DNA of 31,349 nt from a virus (Duplodnaviria > Caudoviricetes): positions 1 through 31,349 of IMG/VR virus record IMGVR_UViG_3300017754_000899; one strand, given 5' to 3'. The notes below the pieces were generated by a model. That model was not told the origin of the DNA, made no database searches, and saw only the letters and a program-made list of their open reading frames with translations. Below are positions 23,674-31,349 of this stretch, piece by piece. Position numbers and translations under genes: made by a program. The number at the start of each line of letters is the position of its first letter. Within the stretch, counting starts at the first letter, position 1.

Positions 23674-24444
23674 ATGACTACCATAATCGCTAGAGCAGCA
23701 GAATCTGTCCATTGGTATCGTAAGGACGGGAAACCGCAATACACCGTCCCTGCCAAAGATGGCTCAGATCGACCCACAACGCTCCGAGACGCACGCAAAA
23801 TGGACTTGGTGCCATCGGTGACCACGGTGATGAAGATCGCCGCTAAACCGGGCCTCGAAGCGTGGAAGCTCGAACAGATGCTATTGGCTGCTCTCACCCT
23901 CCCACGGCTGAAGGGGGAGGCAGAGAAGGACTTCATCAATCGCATCAGTGCCGACTCCAAACAGACCGGCAAACAGGCTGCAGAGCGCGGCACACGCGTC
24001 CATGAGTCTATTGAGCATTGGTATAAGGGGACGACCGATGTCGAGCATCCCGCGATCGCCAAAGCCTTTCAGGAGGAGGTCAGCAAGCATTTTGGATCGC
24101 CTCACAATTGGCAGGTAGAGAACTCCTTTTCCAGCAATCTGGGGTATGGAGGAAAGATCGACCTCTATTGCCAGTCGGAGTTGGGGATCGTTCTGGATGC
24201 CAAGTCGAAAGAGTTTGGCCCTGACGACAAGGTAGTGGCTTACGACGAACACGTTATGCAGCTTGCAGCATACCGAAATGGTATAGGACTACCACTGGCG
24301 CGGTGTGCAAACGTGTTTGCCTCGGTCACGCACCACGGCCTCATCAAGGTCGTCGAATGGACAGAAGAAGAACTCGTCAAAGGCTGGGAAATGTTCCAGT
24401 GCCTATTGGAATTCTGGAAAATCAAAAACTCATTTGGGAAATAA
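23674..24444 (+). CDS. PD-(D/E)XK exonuclease-like protein
   Basis: PSVTT, RGTRVH, E..F, YGGKIDL, LDAKS, QLAAY. Confidence 0.85.
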   Translation: MTTIIARAAESVHWYRKDGKPQYTVPAKDGSDRPTTLRDARKMDLVPSVTTVMKIAAKPGLEAWKLEQMLLAALTLPRLKGEAEKDFINRISADSKQTGKQAAERGTRVHESIEHWYKGTTDVEHPAIAKAFQEEVSKHFGSPHNWQVENSFSSNLGYGGKIDLYCQSELGIVLDAKSKEFGPDDKVVAYDEHVMQLAAYRNGIGLPLARCANVFASVTHHGLIKVVEWTEEELVKGWEMFQCLLEFWKIKNSFGK

Positions 24445-24445
24445 C

Positions 24446-24664
24446 ATGCTGACCAACAAAGAAATTACAGAAGCATTTATGAACGTCGTCCTTGAGGAAA
24501 ACTACAACTTCCTCGCAGACGATCTGGAAATACTGGCAAAAGCTTTTATCGCCAAAGCAGCACCACAGATAGCACGCAAAGAACGTGCGGAGTGCATCAA
24601 GTTCGTCAAAAGCCTGAACCCGTTGGTAAGTGAAGCTTTGGAGGAAAAAAGGGGAAAGATGTGA
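24446..24664 (+). CDS. Hypothetical protein (72 aa)
   Basis: Start reassigned to MLTNKEI, immediately after the upstream stop. Confidence 0.65.
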   Translation: MLTNKEITEAFMNVVLEENYNFLADDLEILAKAFIAKAAPQIARKERAECIKFVKSLNPLVSEALEEKRGKM

Positions 24665-24727
24665 TCTGGGCAGCGATTATCATTTCAATAAAGATCGCTA
24701 TTGTGATTGCAATTCTTTCAGCCAGAT

Positions 24728-24763
24728 AAAAAAAGCCCCCTCTGGGGAGGGATCAGAGGGGGC
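24728..24763 (-). terminator. Intrinsic terminator of the virion operon
   Basis: GCCCCCTCTG/CAGAGGGGGC 10-bp stem with U7 on the minus strand, between convergent genes. Confidence 0.8.
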
Positions 24764-24810
24764 AAAAGGGCTTACGCCCTCACGACAGGGAGACAACCCG
24801 CGTGATACTT

Positions 24811-26211
24811 TTAACGTCGAATTCCCAAACGCATATTACGGGCTGGCCCCATTTGCCTATATTGTTCTATTTCTTGCTCTGTAGGTTGTGCCGGTAAATT
24901 CTTCATACTTCTATTGTAATCGGCTACTGCTTGAGCATTTTGGGCTACATCTGCATCATTCAGTTGACCAATGACTTCCGGTGCCTGCAATGCCAACCCT
25001 GCGGCTTGCGTAACACCAAATGGAAGCGTACCCAATGCGCCACCTACACCACTGGCAATTTGAGAAGCATTCCTAGCACTTGGCATATGCAAATTCCACC
25101 CTTGACCTTCTTTTTTGTATTGGTCAAATGCGTCATACAATTGCCTTGCAGCTAAAGCACCACCAAGCGCACCAACGCCTACACGCGCAACAGAAGGCAA
25201 TGCGCCACGAACAAATTCAGCGCCTCTGGATAACTCATCTGTCGCTCTAGTTGCAAGAGTAGGGGTATGCTCAAATTTACTCAAATCAACGGCAGGTCTT
25301 GCTTCAGTTTGAGTAAAAATTTTTCTTGGAGTGCCAGTCTTTGGATCAACCGATGCAGTCTTTGCAACGCGCTCTGATTTGACCTCTTGAATAGCTTTCA
25401 ACGCATTTTGCACTTCAGACATAGTCCGAATCTTATCTACACCAGCTACTTTTTCAAGTTCAGTAAGTGGCATTCTGAGATTCGGTGAAATTTGACTATT
25501 CAAGTATCTTTGAAGACTTGGACGCGTTGCAGGAGCATTAGGATTTGGGACATTACCAGCCATTCTGGTAAGAACATTTTGCACAAATGGAATTGCCTGT
25601 CTTGTAGATTCAACAGAACCCGCAACCTTTGCCCCAACTCCAGCACCAGCCAACATTTCAGGCCAATGGTTACGCTCTACTTCAGCCGATCCAGTAGGAA
25701 CTTCTTTTGGCTCTGCAATGTCTGGAACACCTTCAGTTGTCTTTGTTTCTTCCTGAGTTCCAGACAATACATCTGGCAACTCTCCGCCATAATGATTGGC
25801 AACAGACTCCATGTGATTTAGAGTCTCTTTCGGCAAGTCTTTTATCTCTCCGGTAGTAAAGAACTTTGTATCAGGCCCAGCATTGTATCCAGCCAAAACT
25901 TTGTATGGGTCATTCCCAATATTTGGTCTTGATGACAAATCAGCAAGAATACGCATACCACAATTGATGTTTTGATCCATGTCATTAAGATCATCGCATT
26001 TGTATGTCTTGGCTGTAGCTGGAGTTATTTGCATCACCCCAAAAGCCACCGGATTTTTGTTTTTATCTTTTGATACTGCGGACTGATTAAAGCCACTTTC
26101 CTGCATAACCATAGGCAATACAAAGTCTGGATTTAAACCATGCTTTTGCGCTGCTATAAAAATTTTCTCAGCAACGGCAAGTTGCTCTTTAGAAAGTTTA
26201 TTTAAATCCAT
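24811..26211 (-). CDS. Putative virion ejection protein with N-terminal SLT lytic transglycosylase
   Basis: MQESGFN (catalytic Glu), GVMQITPATA, NINCG, AGYNAGP; C-terminal Gly/Ala hydrophobic segments. Confidence 0.85.
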   Translation of the reverse strand: MDLNKLSKEQLAVAEKIFIAAQKHGLNPDFVLPMVMQESGFNQSAVSKDKNKNPVAFGVMQITPATAKTYKCDDLNDMDQNINCGMRILADLSSRPNIGNDPYKVLAGYNAGPDTKFFTTGEIKDLPKETLNHMESVANHYGGELPDVLSGTQEETKTTEGVPDIAEPKEVPTGSAEVERNHWPEMLAGAGVGAKVAGSVESTRQAIPFVQNVLTRMAGNVPNPNAPATRPSLQRYLNSQISPNLRMPLTELEKVAGVDKIRTMSEVQNALKAIQEVKSERVAKTASVDPKTGTPRKIFTQTEARPAVDLSKFEHTPTLATRATDELSRGAEFVRGALPSVARVGVGALGGALAARQLYDAFDQYKKEGQGWNLHMPSARNASQIASGVGGALGTLPFGVTQAAGLALQAPEVIGQLNDADVAQNAQAVADYNRSMKNLPAQPTEQEIEQYRQMGPARNMRLGIRR

Positions 26212-26232
26212 TTTCTACCCCATGGCTTTGAA

Positions 26233-27723
26233 TTATGGTTTGGCTTCTTTTGCCGATCTTATTGCATCAAGAGTAATTCTTGGGCTTGCAGTTTTTGCAC
26301 CAGATGCAGACGGTGCCGCAGGAATAGCTGCTGGTGTAGCTTCCTTCTTTTTACTGACATTACCATACGATGGGTCATACCATGACGGAGCAGTCATCAA
26401 AGGATTGCCAGAAGCAATTCTGGCATGCTCTTCTGCATACCGTCCTCTTAATGCATTGAACTCAGGGTCAACTTCCAACAGACCATAGGGAACTTTTTTC
26501 TCTTTTATGTATTGATACTTTTCTTGGCTATTCTTTTCAGCATGGCCTATCAGGTCAATTAACGTGACCAAAGCATTCTGTGAATTGCCAATATTTGGAG
26601 ATGCAGATTGTTGCAACTGACTAAATGCATCTGTCGGATTGAGAGAAGAACCACGCAATGCCACTTGGTTTTCTGCCAACATTTTTGCAAGAACTTGAAA
26701 TTTGTTTTTTGTTTCTTCAGACATTCCTATTTGACGAGCGTAAGTGTCAAACCCTTGCAAAGTTTCGCCAAGCTTCCCATCGGCGGCGGCACGCGCAAAT
26801 ACTTCTATGGGGTTATTCCCACCAAAGTAATTGAGTGCAGCACCCATTTGCTGTTGACCGGTAAGAACATTACCTTTTGAATCCTTGGAGTCAGGAATTC
26901 CAGCGCCCAATGAAATATCGCGAATAGAACGCAACAACGACAAACGCTCAGGTGCGCTGTTGGCTTGTTGACGCATCTTCTCTTCAACACCCATGCCTGC
27001 TTCACGTTGTGATTTGGCGTATGTGGATGCAGCATCCATCTTGTCATAACGTGACATAGCATTCCATTGCGTTTGATCTACTTGAGGAGGCTTTGACTCT
27101 TCAAGTGATTTCAAGAACGCATCTTGTTGTGCTTTACCCTTGCTTGGGTCGGCATTTGGAGTCAATTGAAATTCAGTCCATCCTTCCAATTGCATCATAG
27201 GGTCTTCGCCCTTTGCCTTGGTAGCAGTAATCTTCATGCCAAGACCTTCTTTTGCGCCCTCATAGAATTTCTGAGAAGCCTTAGATATTTCTGTATCAGG
27301 CCCGAGCGATGCAATTCGACTGTAAGTGTCCGCATCCATGGGTTTACCAGACTTTCTCCAAGCCTGATAGATTTCGTTTTGTTTGCCTTTCTGTCCCATC
27401 AGGATGTCGGCCTGAGAAATCCTTGCCTGCATTTCTGCAATAGGAATTTGCATAGCACGTTGCTGCTCGGTGTTCTCACCCAATGTTCCCATTGCACTGC
27501 CAAGAGATGCTGAAAACCCACCCAACTGAGGTTTTAGGAATGCCTCAGACATCTTAAAAAGGTTTGGTTGGGCATATCTCTGCTCTAATGCTGTTTTATA
27601 TTGATCCAATGATTCACGATACTTGCTGACCATTTCAGGATCGGCTTCAGCAGGATTAACTTGTCGAGGATCAATCGAAGTAAGACCGGAGAGAGACATC
27701 GGTTGTTTGACTTGTTCAGCCAT
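26233..27723 (-). CDS. Putative DNA ejection (internal virion) protein
   Basis: 496 aa, helical, A/Q/K-rich, no Cys; position in the virion operon. Confidence 0.55.
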   Translation of the reverse strand: MAEQVKQPMSLSGLTSIDPRQVNPAEADPEMVSKYRESLDQYKTALEQRYAQPNLFKMSEAFLKPQLGGFSASLGSAMGTLGENTEQQRAMQIPIAEMQARISQADILMGQKGKQNEIYQAWRKSGKPMDADTYSRIASLGPDTEISKASQKFYEGAKEGLGMKITATKAKGEDPMMQLEGWTEFQLTPNADPSKGKAQQDAFLKSLEESKPPQVDQTQWNAMSRYDKMDAASTYAKSQREAGMGVEEKMRQQANSAPERLSLLRSIRDISLGAGIPDSKDSKGNVLTGQQQMGAALNYFGGNNPIEVFARAAADGKLGETLQGFDTYARQIGMSEETKNKFQVLAKMLAENQVALRGSSLNPTDAFSQLQQSASPNIGNSQNALVTLIDLIGHAEKNSQEKYQYIKEKKVPYGLLEVDPEFNALRGRYAEEHARIASGNPLMTAPSWYDPSYGNVSKKKEATPAAIPAAPSASGAKTASPRITLDAIRSAKEAKP

Positions 27724-27738
27724 GATTATTCCTTAGAC

Positions 27739-28959
27739 TTACGAATTGTCGTAGTTAATGGGTTCATCTCCAGAAGACACTGGAAGACCAGAATCAGTAT
27801 ATAGCCAGCTTCCATCTGGAGCTTGAGTTACGTCCTGACCACTATTGGATGTACTGGTTGTATATTGAGTTGTGTCTGGTGTAGTAGTATTTGTTCCAGT
27901 ATTCGATGATCCACCGAACAATGCTTTTATTTGATCAAAAGGAGTGCTTCCAGCAATAACTTTTCCGGTAGCATCATACTTCGGTTGAATCATCCCAAGC
28001 GCACCAGTCCCCAACCCAGCCAACGTAGACAGCGGTGAAGCATTGAGTTGCGAAGTAACCGTAGTCGGAATCTGAGCGCCTTGCATAATGTTCGACAGTG
28101 ACGAAAGAGTCGTCAACGGATAGTTCTGAGCATTCTGACCAATCTGTTGCTGTTGACCACCAAGGGTAGACAATGCATTTACATCCGCGAGATTCATCGT
28201 CTGGCCTTGAGTCCCCAAAGTCCCCATGCCAAGACCAGCCTGCTGCAAAGCTTGAGCTTGTTGAGCGGTCAAATTTCCAGCCGTCTGACCAGCCTGCAAC
28301 TGCGACTGATTGAATGCGTTTTGAGCATTCGAGGCCGTCGATCCCAACTGACCCAAAGTCGATTGATACTGACCAGCGGCGGTAAGACCCTGACCATAGC
28401 CAGAACTCAGCATCTGAGCGATCTGGCTATTCAAATCTTGCTGAGACTGCCTCTCGACCTGACCCAAGACTTGTGCGCCACGTTGTGAACCGAATTGACC
28501 ACTACCTACAGCAGCAGCGGTGGCTTGCGGAGCCAGATTCTGCTGATAGTTACGTTGAGCAATGTCGGACAGAGATTGAACCGCCGTATTGATATACGGG
28601 TTCATGTATTGAGCGGCTAAGTCTGCAGGAGAAGCTGAACTAACTTTCTGAGCATACGGAGCCAACGCCGACAGAGGGCTTGAGCTTGTCCCAGCCTGTA
28701 GATAAGGAGATGCAGCACCAGAGATATCTTGTCCTGCAGCCTGACCGACTAGATTCTCGCCAGTTGTAATGGCAGGCTGATACGCTCCAGCAGTCCGTCC
28801 AATCTGGCTGAAAGCCTGCTCTTGCAGGGGTTGCGCCCCTACATACTGAGCGCCTTGTTGAGCAGCCTGACCCTTAGTCGCAAGGTTTGATAGATAGTCA
28901 GTGTAGAACTGCGGTGCAGCGGTCGCAGTGGTTTGTGTACTCTGGAGTAGATTTGCCAT
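27739..28959 (-). CDS. Putative DNA ejection/pilot protein
   Basis: Q/A/G-rich; YMNPYI and GQFGSQR motifs typical of podovirus ejection proteins. Confidence 0.65.
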   Translation of the reverse strand: MANLLQSTQTTATAAPQFYTDYLSNLATKGQAAQQGAQYVGAQPLQEQAFSQIGRTAGAYQPAITTGENLVGQAAGQDISGAASPYLQAGTSSSPLSALAPYAQKVSSASPADLAAQYMNPYINTAVQSLSDIAQRNYQQNLAPQATAAAVGSGQFGSQRGAQVLGQVERQSQQDLNSQIAQMLSSGYGQGLTAAGQYQSTLGQLGSTASNAQNAFNQSQLQAGQTAGNLTAQQAQALQQAGLGMGTLGTQGQTMNLADVNALSTLGGQQQQIGQNAQNYPLTTLSSLSNIMQGAQIPTTVTSQLNASPLSTLAGLGTGALGMIQPKYDATGKVIAGSTPFDQIKALFGGSSNTGTNTTTPDTTQYTTSTSNSGQDVTQAPDGSWLYTDSGLPVSSGDEPINYDNS

Positions 28960-28961
28960 TT

Positions 28962-31349
28962 TTATACCTTACTTTTCAGATATTCAAGCGGAGACTTCGC
29001 CTTCGGAGGTATTTTGTCCAGAGGAGCCTTGCGTTTGTGCGCCCTGAGTTTTTCTCTCAACCCATCAAGAATTTCCGATCCACGCTTATTTTCCCCTTTT
29101 CCAAGGGCGGTGACAAACGCAGCCGGAAAGACATATTCCCCATCGGCAATCTTTGCAGGGATCACGCTACCACCGGTTTTTGACTCATGGGGAACCTGAT
29201 TCCTGAATTTCTCCAGAACCTCTCTACCAGCCTTGCTGGAGCCGTCACCAAGGGCTGAGACGGTCTCCGCGTCCATGACGTAGTCACCATCATGGAGAAG
29301 GGCTGGAATGTCGTCAGACTGCCCTGTACCCTTCCCATCGGCATAGAATCCAGTGACTCCGGTAATGAACTCAGGCTTATGCCCTTTCGGAGTGGCTTCT
29401 TCGTATTTACTGGGTAGACCGCCTTCTGCCATACCCCTCGCAATTGACTGATACATATTCTTCAGCGGAGCATGAGAAAGAGCCGGAGACGCTACAGCTT
29501 TTTTGTATGCCAACAGAGTGGGCTTTGCACTGACGAACTCTGATGCAACTTTCTTCGGATCAAGCACACTACTCAACGGCGCAAACGGGTCGTAAACAGA
29601 GCCAGCCTCAGCATAGCGTGGAATGCCGCTATCGATATCAGACAATTGAGAAGAGATCATATTAGGGTCTTTTTTGATTGTCAGAAGTCCTGATTGACTT
29701 GGGTTGGTTAGCCACGGAATAGGCTGCGCGGTCGGTGTGGGTTGAGTAGAAGAACTTGGTGAAATAGTTGAAAGACCACCACCTGTAGTCGTAGAAGTAT
29801 TTTTAGGAATTACCGTTGAGGTTACTGGAGTTGTTACAGGGGAAGTTACAACGTCAGTTACCGGATTAGTCACCGGATCAGTTAATACATCATAATGTGA
29901 TCCATAAACCGGCTCTCCAGACGCGTCTAATGCATTGCCTTCTTCATCATAAAATCTTGCATCATCCTCAGTTCTGCCTTGGTCGGCAGTGATTGTTCCG
30001 TCATTGGGTACCGGATTGGTTAATACATCCAGACTAGAACCATAAATTGGCTCCCCAGAAGCATCTAATCTATTCCCATACTCATCATAAAAAGTTTCAT
30101 TTGTTCCAACAGATTGATCTTCTAAAACATCTAATCCAGAAGAATCAGGTGATAGTGGAGTCCTAGTCTCAACAGGGGCCGGAGCTTGAGTGTTTGAAAA
30201 ACCTGATATTGCATCCTTTACGGCACCAACTCCCATGCTCATAGCGGCACTTAAAAGTGTCTTCTCAAGAGGCGCACCTGTTGCTATGTAAGTAACTAAA
30301 GCATTCGTAGCTTGCTGAGGAACATTGATTCCATTTTCTTTGGCAGAATATCCCAATCCAGATGCAGCGCCAGATGCAAGTGCAGCAGCCATCGGATCGG
30401 TGCCGTTAATACCAGCCTGTGTAGCCCCGCTAACAGCGCCAGAGACAACAGACCTAACAAGGTTGCTATCAAGCGCATTGGCAGCGGCATTACCTGCCAA
30501 GGTACCCGCAGTTGAACCTATCGCGCCAGTTATTACCGACGTAAATATTTTTTCTGGATCAATAGTGCCTGTGGTTGCAAGTTGCATAGCCGCGTTAGTG
30601 GCGGCTGATTGCGCCATAGATGATACGGTCGGCATGGCTTGCAAAAGTGGGTTGGATAGCGCACCGGGCAAGAAAGCATCGCCAGCAGCAGCAGCAGTCT
30701 CTGCGGTGGCGGCTGTATTAGCAACAGGGGCGGCAGTAGCAAGCGCACCTTCAGTTGCAGCAGCACCTTCAGCGGCAGCACCAAACCCACCAGCCATTCC
30801 AGCGCCAGTAGCTGCCATCATCAATGGAACAGCATATTTGTCTAAAAATCCTGAAACACCACTGCCGCCGCCATACGAACCAAGCCCGTAATTCTTAAAA
30901 TACTCTTGCGTTACTGCATTGTGAACATTTGCGGGAAGAACATAGCCGTATTCAGGATCATATTTTGGCGTAATGCCATATTTATTCAGAACATCTGTAT
31001 AACCCTTACGATCTAAAGACTGTCCAATTTGAAAATCGCCAGACGGGGTCGTGCCGCCTACATTGCTTGAACCCCAAGAATCACCAGATTCATCCCCAGA
31101 CAATTTATATTCATCTGGAACATAGCCTTGAGAGCCAAAAATATTTTTACCAGACGGGTCTGCTGCGTTCATGTAATCCCACGAACTATCCGTAGGAGTC
31201 ATTTTGTAAGTAAAGCCGTTCTCGCTATCGCCTTGCCTTTGGTTGTTAAATATCTGCCCCGTGGAGGTATCAACAAACGCCTCTACTTTTTCCGTTCCAT
31301 TTTCACCGTCATATTTACGGTCGTATTGTGGTTGTCTGACTAATGCCAT
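28962..31349 (-). CDS. Putative internal virion protein (may extend beyond the window)
   Basis: Ala/Gly hydrophobic middle, internal repeat, T/P-rich linker, C-terminal GTGQSDDIPALLHDGDYV and IPAKIADGEYV modules. The ATG sits at the window edge, so the true start is uncertain. Confidence 0.6.
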   Translation of the reverse strand: MALVRQPQYDRKYDGENGTEKVEAFVDTSTGQIFNNQRQGDSENGFTYKMTPTDSSWDYMNAADPSGKNIFGSQGYVPDEYKLSGDESGDSWGSSNVGGTTPSGDFQIGQSLDRKGYTDVLNKYGITPKYDPEYGYVLPANVHNAVTQEYFKNYGLGSYGGGSGVSGFLDKYAVPLMMAATGAGMAGGFGAAAEGAAATEGALATAAPVANTAATAETAAAAGDAFLPGALSNPLLQAMPTVSSMAQSAATNAAMQLATTGTIDPEKIFTSVITGAIGSTAGTLAGNAAANALDSNLVRSVVSGAVSGATQAGINGTDPMAAALASGAASGLGYSAKENGINVPQQATNALVTYIATGAPLEKTLLSAAMSMGVGAVKDAISGFSNTQAPAPVETRTPLSPDSSGLDVLEDQSVGTNETFYDEYGNRLDASGEPIYGSSLDVLTNPVPNDGTITADQGRTEDDARFYDEEGNALDASGEPVYGSHYDVLTDPVTNPVTDVVTSPVTTPVTSTVIPKNTSTTTGGGLSTISPSSSTQPTPTAQPIPWLTNPSQSGLLTIKKDPNMISSQLSDIDSGIPRYAEAGSVYDPFAPLSSVLDPKKVASEFVSAKPTLLAYKKAVASPALSHAPLKNMYQSIARGMAEGGLPSKYEEATPKGHKPEFITGVTGFYADGKGTGQSDDIPALLHDGDYVMDAETVSALGDGSSKAGREVLEKFRNQVPHESKTGGSVIPAKIADGEYVFPAAFVTALGKGENKRGSEILDGLREKLRAHKRKAPLDKIPPKAKSPLEYLKSKV

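Noticed and set aside
24811-26211. SLT gene as the endolysin
   Set aside because: Fused to a long C-terminal region, lies among putative ejection genes, and has no adjacent holin or spanin; an entry enzyme is more likely.

Overview
About 31 kb of a tailed dsDNA bacteriophage genome, probably podovirus-like because putative ejection proteins are present and no tape-measure gene is seen. It is mostly minus-strand encoded. In minus-strand order (right to left): the end of a virion operon with four putative ejection proteins, the last carrying a lytic transglycosylase; a short plus-strand island (SSB-like, PD-(D/E)XK nuclease, small ORF); Cro-like HTH, ParB-like, SF2 helicase and TOPRIM primase; a ~500 bp structured non-coding element; RuvC-like and HNH-like genes; about 30 small accessory genes; terS and terL; two large multidomain proteins; and the 5' part of the portal gene. 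No integrase, CI-like repressor, DNA polymerase, lysis cassette, tRNA or CRISPR is seen. Best leads: (1) two polyvalent proteins between terL and portal whose domains (GNAT, ART-like, Gp88-like, unknown) are separated by a recurring double-glycine linker; (2) a 17-bp palindrome TACTAGTCTGACTAGTA present four times, once inside the parB-like gene; (3) a promoter family with a TCTAAC-N5-GTTAGA-like operator and shared leader hairpins; (4) an attenuator-like RNA and a downstream structured RNA next to the primase gene; (5) a small-gene array assembled from repeated DNA blocks. All product calls come from motif recognition by eye; no searches were run.
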